Assembly: GCA_964035545.1 (NCBI GenBank)
Contig: OZ037772.1
Location: 4,218,033 to 4,282,032 of the forward strand
Reading direction: 5' to 3'
Length of the DNA: 64,000 bases
Origin: Bugula neritina
Taxonomy: Eukaryota > Animalia > Bryozoa
Below the pieces are notes generated by a model. It had not been told where the DNA came from. It did not search any database and saw only the letters and a program-made list of their open reading frames with translations. Positions 48,836-63,500 of the stretch are shown here, one piece after another. Within the stretch, counting starts at the first letter, position 1, and every line of letters begins with the position of its first letter. The position numbers and the translations under genes were made by a program.

Positions 48836-49989
48836 ACATAGTAGCTGTAGAAAGTCTATCCCAATCAGTAACTGTAAGCCGTGAGGGCTGAGACTATAAC
48901 TAGGAATATAAAAAACTATAACTTGAGTATAACTAATCGAAGGTGAGTTAACATAAATTAAAAAATAATAAATATAATTACTACAACATCAAAATGAAAT
49001 ATGCATTATAAATATTTATATTTTAATTTTATAATAATTTTTTAATTTATTTATATCATTTTATTTAGGTTCATCACCTTTCATTATGATTAATGAAATT
49101 CATAAATCATATTCATAACGATAATGATAATCACTTAAAAAAAAAATTGATAAACCCATAATGATTATTATTATCATTTATCGCTTATCAGTGATAATCA
49201 TAATCAATGATTAAATCATAATGATAATCTTGATCATAATCAATATGAATATCAATATCATGTTATACTTATTCAATAATTATAATTGATTGATTCTTAT
49301 TCATATTAATAATTATAATGAATAAAAAATTATATTAACACTACAACTTACTTAAGTTAATTAGAGTATCACTATTACTATTAGTATTAGTATTAGTATT
49401 ACTTACAACTTGCTTATGCAAGGGAATTAAATTTTTAAAGCGTAGCATCCTTCTCAAGCAAAATAAGGATAATAAGTTTCGTCAAATTGAGTTAAAAACT
49501 ACAACTTATAAGTCACAAGTATAAAGCAATTTATGCTCAGTCATCACTAATCCTAGTGGGTACGGCAAGCATATAGCATAATTTATTTCACAATGCGACA
49601 AGATTACCCTCTCATTGTACTTAAGCAATATTCAATTGTACGGTTTTTATGACTTTAAAATCCGTTTTTGAGAAGCAAGGCTAGATCGATATTGACTCGC
49701 TAAGAGTTTTCGTAAACCCGGAAACTACAACTTTTAACTTGACCGCAAAGCTGGAAGTACGATAAGCGTCGCCGTATTGATTTCAGGCGAATTTTAGTTG
49801 ATTTCTTTCAAACTGCTGAGAAGTAATATTTGCTTCCATTTTATGTCTGATCGCGATGCAATTATAAATGTTCCTAATTCAATCAATATTATGAAATAAT
49901 TAATGTAGGAAATTCAATTTTGACTATATAGAATAATCTCAATCTGAATAAGTATTATGTATTTATTGTAACACTTGCACATCGTCTTA

Positions 49990-51247
49990 GCCTAGGGCCA
50001 CACGACGCGTATTTTCGCACTCGTCGTGTGCAAAATGTCGCAAAAGTGAAAAAAGGAGTTTACTGTACGCGAATTTCATGCGTTGAAAATGCTGAACGGC
50101 AAGTGCGAAGATTTTTCTGTCGTCCTTACCTAATTGGCTGGTAGTTATTTAGCGAGCCCGGTTTTCCTAATTTGCTACTCTTTCCATTAAATTGCGCATT
50201 ATTTGTTGTATAGCGAGTAATATTTAAAAAGCCACATTTCTAGCCGTGTAAGTTTTCTACTTTCTGTGTATGTTTCTGCTATTCAGAATAGTCAAATTGA
50301 TGTAATCAAACATTTTATAGATAAAAATGAACTGGCAAGAGAAGTTGATTAATGCAGTGAGTAATTTTCTTTACAATTCTTATAAAATTTGTGATAAAAA
50401 ATGGCACTTTTTCAATTTCTCCGTGAGTTTCACTATGTCATTCATTCAAAGTCAGTCATTCAGATTCAGTTATACTTATTGGCAATACTCATACTCATAG
50501 TGATAGTCGAACTCAATCAGTCAATGTGAATGTCATAGTGATACTAGTGTTGGTCAGTACTGCACATCATCCAACACGTAATAATGGTTCAATTCATCAT
50601 TTATACTATTTGTTGTTCTAATTTCTGGTCAGGGAAAGACCATGCTTGTGGGACAAGAATCATAAACACTACATGTATAAAACTGTGAAAGAAAATAACT
50701 GGAAAGATGTTAGCAAAGAATTAGGAAATTTATTTGATGGTAGTTTATCAGTTTAATGAAGTAATTATGTCTATTGTAATCAGATATTTAATCTACCACT
50801 TTTCAAGTTTACTTTTGACTTTTATAATCTTTAGAAAAAGCATGTGCTCTGAAGTATCGGAACTTGCGGGACACCTACGTGAGACTGAAAAGAGAACAGT
50901 TAAAAGTACCCAGTGGCTCTAGTCCAATTGAACCGCCAAAATGGCCTTTTTTTCAATTGTTCAGCTTCGTGGATAATAAGAGTGGTGCAGAAAGGTTGGT
51001 TTGTCCTTACGTTAAGTAGTTTATTTATTTTTTCAACAAACAAACTTTAAAAATTATAAAATTATTTAATACACATCAAGTAATTTATTTTGCAGTAGTA
51101 TAGCTGACAATATGTCATCAGAGGATATCGTGCAAGAACTTGCGACCACTGATACAGATACAGCGACAGCAAGCAGCCAGCAGCCGGCAGCCAAAAAGAA
51201 AAAAAATGACACTGCAATGAAAGAAATAGACTTGGAAATAAAAAAAA
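49990..51247 (+). mobile_element. One-ended PIF/Harbinger-like DNA transposon
   Basis: Identity to copy A stops exactly after TTA (49987-49989), the typical Harbinger TWA target. Terminus GCCTAGGGCCACAC; contains a spliced MADF gene; no transposase or right TIR seen. Confidence 0.7.
50327..51247 (+). pseudogene. MADF (Myb/SANT-like) domain gene, truncated
   Basis: Exons 50327-50356, ~50628-50739, 50835-50994 and 51096-51247 join in frame to MNWQEKLINAVRERPCLWDKNHKHYMYKTVKENNWKDVSKELG..CALKYRNLRDTYVRLKREQLKVPSGS..KWPFFQLFSFV. The exon-2 acceptor reads TG rather than AG. The 3' end runs into the satellite. Confidence 0.82.
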
Positions 51248-51900
51248 TAGTTACTCTGTTAGTACAGTTACTCTGTTAGTATAGTTACTCTGTTAGTATA
51301 GTTACTATGTTAGTACAGTTACTCTGTTAGTATAGTTACTCTGTTAGTATAGTTACTATGTTAGTACAGTTACTCTGTTAGTACAGTTACTCTGTTAGTA
51401 TAGTTACTCTGTTAGTACAGTTACTCTGTTAGTATAGTTACTCTGTTAGTATAGTTACTCTGTTAGTATAGTTACTCTGTTAGTATAGTTACTATGTTAG
51501 TACAGTTACTCTGTTAGTATAGTTACTCTGTTAGTACAGTTACTATGTTAGTATAGTTACTCTGTTAGTATAGTTACTCTGTTAGTATAGTTACTATGTT
51601 AGTACAGTTACTCTGTTAGTACAGTTACTCTGTTAGTATAGTTACTCTGTTAGTACAGTTACTATGTTAGTATAGTTACTCTGTTAGTATAGTTACTCTG
51701 TTAGTATAGTTACTATGTTAGTATAGTTACTCTGTTAGTATAGTTACTCTGTTAGTATAGTTACTCTGTTAGTATAGTTACTATGTTAGTATAGTTACTC
51801 TGTTAGTACAGTTACTCTGTTAGTATAGTTACTCTGTTAGTATAGTTACTCTGTTAGTATAGTTACTCTGTTAGTATAGTTACTCTGTTAGTATAGTTAC
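51248..51900. repeat. 17-bp minisatellite (AGTTACTMTGTTAGTAY)n, paralog of 4191-6100
   Basis: Direct reading. Confidence 0.96.
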
Positions 51901-52738
51901 AGTAAAAGTTTGCTAGTCATAATAACTTGCACTGTTAGTTGCTCGACAAGTTATTCTACATCTCTTGTAGCCACAACCAAAGTGGTGTCTATATATCCTG
52001 CTAGTGACTTGAGTAATGACTCATATGTAATTGTAATTAATTACATATCTAATGTAATTGATTTTTGCAATTACTTTACAATTACATCTCAATTACTTTA
52101 AACTTTTAAATCTTAAAATCTTAAGAAATTTATTCTTTTTTAGCATGACTACTGTTAAATAACAAGTACAGATTAAGTCAATGTAGTATAGTATCACTTT
52201 TGCGAACAAAGCACGTTCACCCCTGTCAAAATTGCCCCTGCTAGGTGGACCCTAGAGGTGAAATTGCATAACTTCCATTTGTCCTTTGTGAGAACAAAAG
52301 TAATTGTAATTGTAATTAATTGCTTTACAATGTAGTTTTGTACTGTAATTAATTACATTTATTTCAACTGTAATTATAATTGTAATTGTAATTGAAAAAT
52401 TCTCATGTAATTGTAATTAGTTACATTCACATGTAATTGACCCCAACAACCCTGGTTTATTATGGAGCTCATACTTTTATTGTTCAAGGTCTAGATGTAT
52501 TCTCCACCATGTTTTTACTAGAAGTAAACTTTAATTTGGTAATAAGTATAAAATAAACTGTTGTTTCGCATTGTACAGTTTACTATTGCCTGAATATTGT
52601 ATTGAGAATATTGGCTTAACAATTCCAGTGCAGCGATGTGATTGGCCTGACAATATCAAAGTAGTGATGTGATTGGCTACTCTGTTCTGTTTTGCAGGGC
52701 CATGCCTACTTGTATTATGTGTTAATCTTGTTTTGCAG

Positions 52739-55700
52739 TGAACAGAAAGGGATAATGAGTCCCAAAAGACACCCGGGATCTTACCATGGAGAGGAAGGGT
52801 TCACCCGATGTTGATGGCCTGCCTGGTATATCCGGCAATCCTGGAGATGCAGGAGAAAGGAGACCACCTTGTTTGTCAGGAGATACCGGACTTTTTGGAG
52901 AACCAGGTGATGTTTACGCTCAATTGAGTTTAATCTGTCAAGTTATGTTGGGATCTTTTTCGTTTTCGTTATTTTATGTTTGTTACGTGGAAAAAGGAAA
53001 AAACTCTGTCTCGGAGCATTTTTGTTTTTTCAGAGGGCTTTGGATTATTTGATTATGGTCTACACAGGGGTGTAGACAAACTAAACTACACAGGGGTGTA
53101 GACAGACTTAACTACATAGGGGCGTAGACAGACAAAACTTACTACAAACTTATAACTACCCTGCATCATGCTGTCATGACGTCTCTATTCTCTCCTATAA
53201 TTTGACTTTTATTTAGCGAGCAGATTTCTAGTAGGCTATTCTATAGTGACCAGTCACACTGTTTATTGTCGCAACATAGAAATCAAGTTGAAAACTAGTT
53301 GCACCTGTTGTGATGCTATCAATGGGTGCTTACAGGTAGAGACGGAGTACCTGGACCTGTTGAGATCGGTTATCAGGGTAAACAAGGAGATCAAGGTCCT
53401 GCAGGTAAGAATGAGGAGTTACTCACCCTTGCTTGTGTATTTCTGTTCTTTTTAGGTATTCTATAATATGTCGGGGTTTCCCTCACACTTATGCTATATG
53501 CTGGGATTTCCCTCACACTTATGCTATATGCTGGGATTTCCCTCACACTTATGCTATATGCTGGGGTTCTCCTCACAGCTAGTCTGCACTAAGGCAGGGA
53601 GTAGGCTAAGTAATCATACTGAATCCCAGCAGTGCTTGTTACTTCAACTGGCAGGATTACTGTGTATGATAGTTGCTCTGACTGGTTTCCATGGATCATT
53701 TTTACCATACTGTTTACCACATGATGCATTGTCTGAGTAAAAACAAGGAAACAAAGAAATATACCAAAAATGTTGAGAAATTTTGTGTTCCAGAATTAAT
53801 AAATGACCACTTGTAGTGCATACTGGTGCTGCTTGGCTCATAGGACAAGCCGGACAAGCTGGAGAACCTGGTCTGCATGGCAGAAATGGAAAGACAAGAG
53901 AAACTGGACAAACTGGTATGCCTGGTCCAACTGGTTCAAGGGGATTCACAGGAGAACCCGGATCTGATGGAAGGTATTTTTTGTGCTTTACTTCGCCCTA
54001 TTCAGCTTCTTGGAACTTTTTATTTGATTTAGTTTTTATAATTTGTTGTCAATTTTCTCAGAGACGGTTTACCTGGAGTACCGGGTGCTGATGGTAGACC
54101 TGGGGAGCAGGGTGATCAAGGACCTCCTGGCCCCATGGGTCCAGTGGGAATCCCCGGTAACCAGGGACCTGAAGGTGCTCAAGGAGACAAGGGTGATAAG
54201 GCAGGAACATTCTTTATTCAGTTTTCTATTTATTTCAGTTCTCTGGTTTTCCACTAGTCAATCTTTTAGTTGTTTATTTGTTTTAGTTTATTTATGTTAA
54301 TACTAGAGTTGCTTCAGTGACATCACATCATGTAATATATTACATAACAGTACAGTATAATACACCATAATATAATATGTTATACAATACAATAATATTA
54401 CAGAAAATATAGTTCACTAATATCTCACAGCTAAGTTGTGTCTCCTAAATATATTCATTACTATAGGGGCCAGCTGGGCCACAGGGTGCTTCTGGACCAA
54501 CTGGATTGTCTGGGCCAACTGGTCCTCAGAGACCCCACGGAGCTTCCAGGAATTCTCGGCGAACAAGGACCTAAAGGTATGAATGAAGTTGAACCAATCT
54601 TTGTCCTTAGTTATTGGCCATGAACAGAATCTTGACTCTAAGAGTTATCCTTCTTGGTAAGAAGATAAGGCAATTCCTAACTCATGATAATATGAATATC
54701 ATCTGCTGTTGTAGGACCCACTGGTTTCCAGGGACCGCAGGGATTCCCCGGAGCTCCCGGTATTGATGGTGAAAGGGGAGATGTTGGACCAGTGGGTATT
54801 GCTGGACCACCTGGGCTACGGGGTGCTGACGGCAAACAAGGAATTACTGGTTCTCCTGGTGCTATGGGTGCTATAGGTCCACCTGGACCTGATGGTGCTA
54901 AGGTAAACACTTACACTGCTAACAGGTTATTGTTATTCATCTTGTTAGTTTAGTGGTAATAAACCAATAGTCTGTATTTCTAGGGTGAACAATGGAGAGA
55001 TGGGAAATGGGTAGTCCTGGCAGTCCTGGACCTCCTGGTGAAGCCCCAGTATTTGGTTAGTTATTAGCAAAACCAAGTTATCGTTTATCACTTGTATCTT
55101 TTTCATTCTCTTTCAACTGTTTATTGGTAATATTTTGGGAATTTCATCCATAGCCTGTGATTGAAGCTTTATTTGATTCTACCAGGGTTATGTTAGGTGC
55201 TCCCCCTATGATGATGAGTGCAATGATGTCCAACGGTAAAGGTGTACAAGCAGATGATGCAGGCGCCAACAATGAGCTCTATAATATGTACCTCAGTGAG
55301 TAATGGCCATGATGTGCTTTGATGTTGCCTGCTTTGTAGCGGAAAGGCTCTTTTTGAATGCTGTTTTGGAACTCAAATGACGGACTCGTTTCAAATTGTT
55401 TTTATATTTTTGCAGGCAAACATTTGTATAATTAACTGTTAGAAACTATTGTAATAAAACTATAGACAGCTGTTATAATGTGTTTCTCCTCCTAGCATTG
55501 ATGATTGACATTCTTTCTTGATGAGTCACGTATTTAGTTCGTTTCTTCAGTCAAATGTTGCTACATTCCGACATATTATATAATGTTGGTTTTATTGCTG
55601 TTAGCTTACATCACTACTTCCACCTTATTTTTCTAGAAACAAAAGTAAGGGACGGGTCCAAAGACAGCCCTGTTAGAGACTGTAGAGAACTCTTCACTGA

Positions 55701-57153
55701 AAACCCAGAGTTCAAGAGTGGAACTTATTGGGTGAGAGAAGATGCTGATATGTTTCTATTTTCTCTGCTCAGAGGAATTCTGCATCCAAGTCTATTGACT
55801 GAAATTTTGTGAACATGTTTTACATTCTGCAATTACTACTCCTAAGGTGTCAATATAATGTCATGTGAAGTTTCTACAGATATTTAATGAATTGTTGTTT
55901 ATGAATAAGAGTTTGTCCATGTATTGCGTGTATTATATAATTTTGTAGATTCAACAGCTGAACAGGTTTTAGTAGTTTTATTTGATATTACCATTATGTT
56001 AGTGTGAAATAGAGAAGTTGTATTCTCTATCGTTTGTTGTCAAGGAAATGAAGAGCACTTGTATCAATGTCAAGACCTCTGAGTTCGCCACCAAATCGTA
56101 CGTCACCCAGCAGCTAGATAATCAGCCATTTGTTGCTAAACACATGGGAACAACAATTGTGAGTGTTTATCTTGCATCAACGATGACTCTCTCAGTATTA
56201 CTTGAGAATATTCAAAAGTTTTATATTGAGAATTGTCGCTATAGTAACATGTGGGTTTCCTGTGTGGATGTTGATAAGTGTTGCTATAGTATCATGTTGG
56301 TTTCCTGTATGAATTGTAGTTTGAGTATCAGGCAGAGTTTTCCCAACTCAACTTCCTTCGAATTCACTCTGAGAGAGGAAACCCTGACTCACAGGTAATA
56401 GTCACTGCTAGCAGCTTATCAAATAGTCACTAGTTGCTAGTCACCAGATACTAGTCCTCTACTATGTTGCTAGTCACTTGATAATCTGAACAATCACTGG
56501 CTTCTTCTTAAGCTGAGCGAGTTGTTGGTATGACTATTCCTTTTGCTGATTGTAGATGTATAAACTCAGTGGCAGTAGAAGACGCATGTAGTGGGAAGAA
56601 TAAGTCAGTCATTTTATATACAGCTGGTGAAAAAGAATACACAGCGACAGTCAGCAGGTTCGAATCTTCCGTGCTGCAGGATGATTGCAAGGTATGTAAA
56701 TCTAACCTTTATATAGTGTAAATAAGACCTATATAATGTAAATCTGACCTATATAACGTAAATCTGACCTATTTAGTGTAAACCTGACCTATATAGTGTA
56801 AATCTGACCTATAAAGTGTAAATATAACCTATATAGCATAAATTCGCACATGAACGTGATTGCGATAGTTGCATCTTTTTGTATTGATATACAATATAGC
56901 TTGCCTTTGAGGCTTTTTAATAACTACTTATGAAATCAACCCAAAAGCCACTTTGATTTCTGTGCAAGTTTAGAGTTTTGAGTTTGCCCTCTGCCATTTT
57001 GTAGTATTCCAAATACTATCAGAAGCTCTGACAGTGATTGAGATTGACACCAAGACCCCCACCCACTTGCCTATTATTGACATTGCTCCTGGTGACATCT
57101 GGACCACCCACAAAGAGTTTGGGGTTCAGCTTGGAGAAGTCTGCTTTTCATAG
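52739..57153 (+). pseudogene. Fibrillar (COLFI) collagen pseudogene, copy B
   Basis: Gly-X-Y exons at ~52739-52907, 53336-53404, 53843-53973, 54062-54200, 54467-54576, 54715-54902 and 54984-55049; telopeptide NGKGVQADDA (~55230-55262). COLFI exons at 55637-55731, ~56042-56158, ~56320-56394, ~56555-56691 and ~57004-57153, ending EFGVQLGEVCFS*. It has frameshifts, Gly substitutions and a deleted exon start at ~56041. Confidence 0.88.
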
Positions 57154-59899
57154 ACTCATATCTAACAACAGTTTTATTTGTCTGATTTGTAAGACTGTCC
57201 CTGATTAGATAATTAGTGGCCAATCAGAGAATGCAATCAATGTTTGGTTGGCTGAGACCAGCAGTCTGATTTTTATATAACCTAATTTTTATATGAAAGA
57301 TTTGATTACTCTAAATAAATTTATCCGAGACTTCTGAGGCACTGATGGTGATTTTTGTACATATAAATTTGAAGAAGTTTAGCTATAGGGTTTATGCTGT
57401 TTTTAATAATTATTCCACCATAACCTGAGATTGGGAGTAGTAATTCTAGAATGAGGTAGGGAGGGTGTAAAGCCCCTCCCTGTGACTTTATATATTTAGA
57501 AACTGTTGTTTGTTTAGCAATTCTGTTGGTGCGTTTAGCAGACACTAGTTAGACATTCCAGCGTAGCATTACACAAATAATGTGAGCTTCATAGAAAAAT
57601 CACTCAGCCATACACAACGGCCTGGTGAGGTTAGCTTGCACTACATGAAACAATATTGTAGTCGATAAAATGAATAAATAAGTTTATTATTACATCCAAA
57701 ATATATATATATATATATGTCCAAGTTTTTCATAAAATTGAGTTATTAACCAAATGGTATTTTTGCATTATTTTCCATAATAAATACATCTCATGTTATA
57801 AAGTATAAGTATACGTGTCATGCTCATATCAAATCACAAACAAAGCGTTCTAATGAAGAAAACTCTCAGTTTATAAGAATGATAGATGTTTTTCTTTTAC
57901 ACAAATTTACCACTTGTTATACTTGGAATATTTGAAGCTGTTTTAATAGACACAAACAGTAGTTACAGTATGCTTTTTACTCTCTCCCTCTATTGGTAGT
58001 TTTTGCTCTTAAATCTTCATCTGAGCTGAACTTTTTACAGTTTTACAGATTAACAAATAGGCTTGGCAATTTTCTATCTATAGTCTTGGCAGCATCAGAA
58101 CACGCCAAGACTATACATTCTACAAATCAACAGCCAGTTGCTTTATAACTCTCAATACAAAGTGGATTATATAAAAGCTGCAAACAGTAGATTAATGAAG
58201 AAAAAAGTGCTACAGTAGCTTTTTTGTCGAAGTTTTTAGTAAAATAGTTTTGAGAAAAGCTTTTGGCAATAGCTTTCTAACATTTGGCTTTTTTGTTAAG
58301 TTGTCATCCTGCATACATATACGCAGCTGCACCATTCATTCAGCATTCCCACAGCCGTGGTAACAATTGTTATGCACCTTCTAATGAAAGGAAAACTAAT
58401 AGAGAAATGAGTACAGCCAGCCGCTTTCTCAGTTCTTGAGCTGCACTAACTTGTAACACATTCTTCTCGAGTTTTTCAAAAGTTTAGCGTTTCACTATTC
58501 TTCACTCATTTGTTACATTAAGATGGTAATAAACTATATACAAGTTATAGTGCGACAGATCTTTTTTCAGAGGATCAAAGAAGAGAACTACCACTCTGTA
58601 TATGACATCTGATAACTAATATTGGTATGTATATCTTCAGATATAAATAATAATATACTCAATATATCATGTCAGTTTGAAGAAAACCTATATAATTATG
58701 TTTTAGCAATTTAGTAGTTTTAAGACTCCAATTTGCTAACACATAACTACACCTAAAAATTGTCTAATTTTCATGCAAGCTGCTTTCTTCTGTGCGTAGT
58801 AGGCAATTAAGCTTTTATCTCTGTATTTCTCTTTGACCTGAATAAATCTCCCAATATATTTTATCATGGTGTCTACAATAAAATGCACTTGGATAGCCGT
58901 TGAAACACTTTGTTTACAAATACATCATCTGTTATCAAAACAACGTGTTTACCTTCTATGTGTGAAAGAATATTGGTGAGCACATTTTTTAGTTTCTTAT
59001 CGTAATTGTAGAATAAAGGAGCTCTTTCCAAGCTGTGTTAATCACATTCTTGGACTCATGCAAAATCTTCATTAGAGCAACGCCATAGTGAGAAATGTCA
59101 GGTTTGCTTTTTTCTCTGCACAAAGTAGTGTTGGTGTATGTCTTTTGGTGCCTGTTGGTAAGTTAAATGAACATGATATTCAACTTCTATTTTATTGTTT
59201 GCCAATATTACTCATATGCACAAAATTCAACGTAAATAGTTCACCTACTACCATTTGCACTAACCTTTCACACTCACATTCACCAGTTTTCTTACCTCTG
59301 CTCTACTTGAGCTCAATCAGAAAGAGCAATTTATCGGTTTTAACTCTCCAATTTAAAATAAAATGCTTCTTTTTTATTTTATAGTTTAATACAAAGTTAT
59401 AATTGACAAATAGATTCACCTTTAAAGTTTGGAAAACTGCAATATTGTAAGAAATTCAGACATTCAAACGCTTAGAGCCTGGAGGCTAAACATTGCAGCA
59501 GATGAGGTTATAGCTTTGCTGTTTTATACAAGACACTTTCCTGCTGCTAATATTGGATAGTCATGATAGTCAATATACATTATATCATTGAGGGAATATT
59601 CATGTAATTGACTAAAATAGATTTTGATTTGCTCATTTTATCTCCCCTCCCCCTTTTGCAATCCAGCCACAAACCTAACCTGCAGGCTCAGCAACCTTGA
59701 ATACTAGCGTTATAGTTAGCACGTGCAGCATAGTTACTGGCGTTCACACGTCACGTATTAGGCTATTCTTTTTCATGGCTGAAAATTTTACCTCCCTCAA
59801 AATTGGAATTTTGAAAAGCTGTTTTCTAGGCATATATCCCTTTGCAAAGTCACAATTGTTTGCATACACATTAGATTATAGTTCATAATTATAATGTGA

Positions 59900-60180
59900 T
59901 CGTAATAAACTAAGATAGAGCAATCCTTTAAAGCCGAAGGAGAATCAATTCATACAATTGTTCTCAAGGCTACTAAAGCAAACAAAAGTGCCAAACTGTA
60001 CTTACGAACAACTGACAAGGAAGCGAATAATCCTGCCAAGTCTAACTGTGGAAACTGTGGCAACTCTCATCCTTCCGAAAATGCTTACGGCAAACAGTGT
60101 AGTAACTGCAAGAAATCCAACCATTTCAGAGTAGTCTGCAGATCCAGGAAAATTGGCAGAATAAATGCAGTCACTGAACA
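59900..60180 (+). mobile_element. Relic of an LTR-retrotransposon gag (double zinc knuckle, Mag-clade-like Gypsy)
   Basis: ~60045-60150 translates to CGNCGNSHPSENAYGKQCSNCKKSNHFRVVCRS. Confidence 0.65.
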
Positions 60181-60350
60181 CATAGCTAAAACATTAAAGC
60201 TTTAACTGCAACCGTTTTACCTTTTTTAGGTTAAATGCAATAAAAAGAAGTGCAGTGTCAAATATAGCTTCAAGTAGACTTGCACTGAAATTCATAAACA
60301 ATAATAGTTCTATACTCAAAATAAGTGCAGATAAGTCAGTAATAAGTCTA

Positions 60351-60503
60351 AAGTTGTGTTTATACCTTTCCTGAACAAAGTATTTATGTTTCAGTTAATA
60401 ACACTCTTCAGAGTGCACCCTTATATAGTCTTACTGAAACTCGGTGACATTTCAACTTGAATTTAATTGCTGACTAAAAATTTGGAACGTATAAACGCAA
60501 CTT
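60351..60503 (+). mobile_element. Short derivative of the AAGTTGCGTTTATACC-TIR element
   Basis: AAGTTGTGTTTATACC...GTATAAACGCAACTT. Confidence 0.6.
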
Positions 60504-63500
60504 AGCAAATATTACCTAAAAACTCCATCTAATAAAATAGTTGTGAAGTTTTAGCTATACATGTAACATTTTAATAGACAGAATTACAATCACCAACCCT
60601 AGTGCTTACTAATCACAAAACCTAGTTTGATAACCGGGAATTTTAAATAACAATTCATTTCATCAAGATTAAAATTAAAGTAATTTTTTTATGGCATTCT
60701 CACCAAATAAAGATTCGCTGTCATTGTCCAACTTTGCTCTTTTAATCAAATTATTAAAAGCACTTTGAACGATAGAAGCTGAGTTTACAAAAGAAGGAAG
60801 ATGCATGTAATTACAATTTTATATCCGAGTGTTAATCCAAAAATGTTAATAAGAAAAACTGAAGGCTCTTGAGTGTGTGTTACAAAAATGTTATATAAAG
60901 CCATCTTGCTTTAAAACACTTTGAATATTGCATAATATGTATTAAATCAAATAAGTACACTTTAAATATTGCATAATATATATTAAATAAGCACAAGATC
61001 AAAATATATATCGATACTATAATTTATTATATGTATAAATATACATGAAGTGCTAGCATAATGTAGCTAATATTTTATATTATGATAAGCCATAAGTGAT
61101 CATAATAATTTTAAACAATGTATATGTTCACAGTCTAAATACATTAATAATTTTTGGTAAGACTGGAAGAAATTAAAATAATACTCGACCTAAGAAGATA
61201 CCTACATACCTTTTGCTGTCTCCAACTTGCTGCTCAACTTTTCATTTTTGCTTCTGGTAGAAACAGGCATTTTTTCTAAGAAGTTAGTTATATAATGTTT
61301 AAAAGTACTATGGTTTCCTAGCAAGCTTTACCTTGCTGAAATGTAACTTTCCAGTGTCAGAATAGCAGGTTTGACAAAATTTCTTATTTATATACTGCTA
61401 TAATAGTAACAAAGAAAATTATCTGTTCCTGCAATTACTTCTACTAAGGTCTAGAGGGAGACTGCATCCCTATAATTATGCAAAAGATAATAGACCCTTT
61501 GTAGTTCTGGGCCAAGTTTCTTTTCATCTTCATAATAATCAGGAAGCTTAAAAATTTTTAATTAACTAAAAATGGCTGCCAAGAGTTGTTCTTTAGTTTG
61601 AACCTCATAAATAAATCCTGGAATTAGCCTATTTGGCCGCAACTTCAAAAGCACTGTCATAATTATAAATTCTTTTGAAGAAGTTTACCCTCAAATACTG
61701 TACAATAAAGAAAAATTTTTAAGCTAGCTGTTCTATTTTTCTTGGTTTTGTGTTATCTCAGTACATGCAAAGTTTATAGTCTCTATGAGAGACCTTTTTC
61801 AACTTACTGAGCATATAATAGCGGAAAATTTTGTCTGCTGTCATGAACTTTTATAATAGTATAGGAGATGTTAAAAAATGCTTGCAGGTTACTTTTGCTA
61901 CTAAATAATAGACCCTGTAGCATATACGATACACCAAGTTTCATTCACAATAACTCTAATAGGAATCAAGAGATATAATAAATTCAAACTTAGTAACACA
62001 TAATTAGTATTGAAAACTATCTATACATGTCTTACTTTTTTTTTGTGTAGGTATAGTCAAATTATATGACTAGCAAAAAGTTTAGATTTTGATATTCACC
62101 CATTGCGTGAACAATATTTTTTCTAACTGAATTATTTTACTTAAAAAATTTTCAAAACAGGGAAACCAATTCAGCAACTAGTTTTAAAGTTTGAAAAAGG
62201 CATGTAGCACCAGTGCTACACTGGTCGTCTGACGGAGACAACCCTCGAGTCTATCCATCTATTCCTCACTATCTCTCGCACACTGCTCAGCACAAGGTCA
62301 CACAGGTGTGAGCCATCACTTCCAGTGCCAACTTAACACATTCTTTTCATTCCTCAGCCAATCAGATCAGCTCAAGTGATGCACCAATAATATATCACAT
62401 TGTTGACTTGAGAAAGCAGGTGCTACAGCAGGAGCCCTGCACCATCACTGGGCAATCTGACATGAGCTCATGGGTTTCCTCTTGCACTGCTATGTGTAAA
62501 GTAACAATATTATTTCATACAATATTAATTGCTGTTAGTTTAGCATATAACTTGTCTCTATGGTTATATATTATAGTTTATAAGACTGCATTGCATCTCA
62601 TGTATGTTTCCCACATGGAGATAATTTGGCATGTAGTAATAAGCTCGTGACTTTTCTGGCATCACCAGGAATGCTGACAGGTTTTGATATATTATATTAT
62701 TAATCCATTTATTGCAAGACATAATAACCTGTACACCTTTTGTTTTGAGTACATTATTACAAGAACAAGTTGTGTTTTTGATTGCATTTCATTTGACTTA
62801 TTTATAAATTCAACAATAAATACCAAGGCGCCATGTTAATGATGTGGAGCTTCCTTGTAATAGTCTAGAAGTAACCTCCCAAAAAGTGCTCAAAAAATTG
62901 GCTCATTACACTTTACTAGGTGGCCACTCAAAAAAGTTGTTTCTATATCAGAATTTTGTCTTGAGTCTGAATCTACAAATTCTAAAATTCTATCTCTACC
63001 CAAACTCAAGTTATTGCAAAAAAAAAATCGACATTGTGGATGGGTGATAACAAGAAATGTGGATTGTGCAAAATAGTATCCGACTTTATCAAGCTATCTT
63101 AAAGAAAATATATTTGCTGAAATACCAAAAATAATTGCCTCTTACTTAGAATTCTAAGCTGATACTGAATTTGAAAACTGCAAGATGCTATCTCAAATTA
63201 AAACCAGGTTGTTTATATAAACATATATGTTTGTTATGAATCGACATATTGCATTTGGCATAGGCATGCAGAATAATTGTATGACCAAGCTATTTATACA
63301 AAAATAAAAACAAAGTCATGCTGATGTGTGAAAAAAAACTATATTTATAAAATTGTAGCACAAAATAAATGTTGAAATAAATAAATATTAAAATCTTTTG
63401 AGCACAGCCTAAGGGGAATCATTTGCTAGTCTGTCAGTAGCCGTTAAACGTCTGCAAAAATCAACAAAATACTGTAAAATTATTTAGAGGAACAGAAGCA

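Larger units (their letters stand above)
49157..57700 (+). repeat. Segmental duplication, copy B
   Basis: See copy A. It is interrupted by the Harbinger-like insertion/deletion at 49990-51247. Confidence 0.93.

Noticed and set aside
49157-57700. Duplication as an uncollapsed-haplotype assembly artefact
   Set aside because: The copies differ by independent TE insertions, reciprocal deletions, distinct satellite variants and substantial 3' divergence, and have different flanks. It cannot be fully excluded without read depth.
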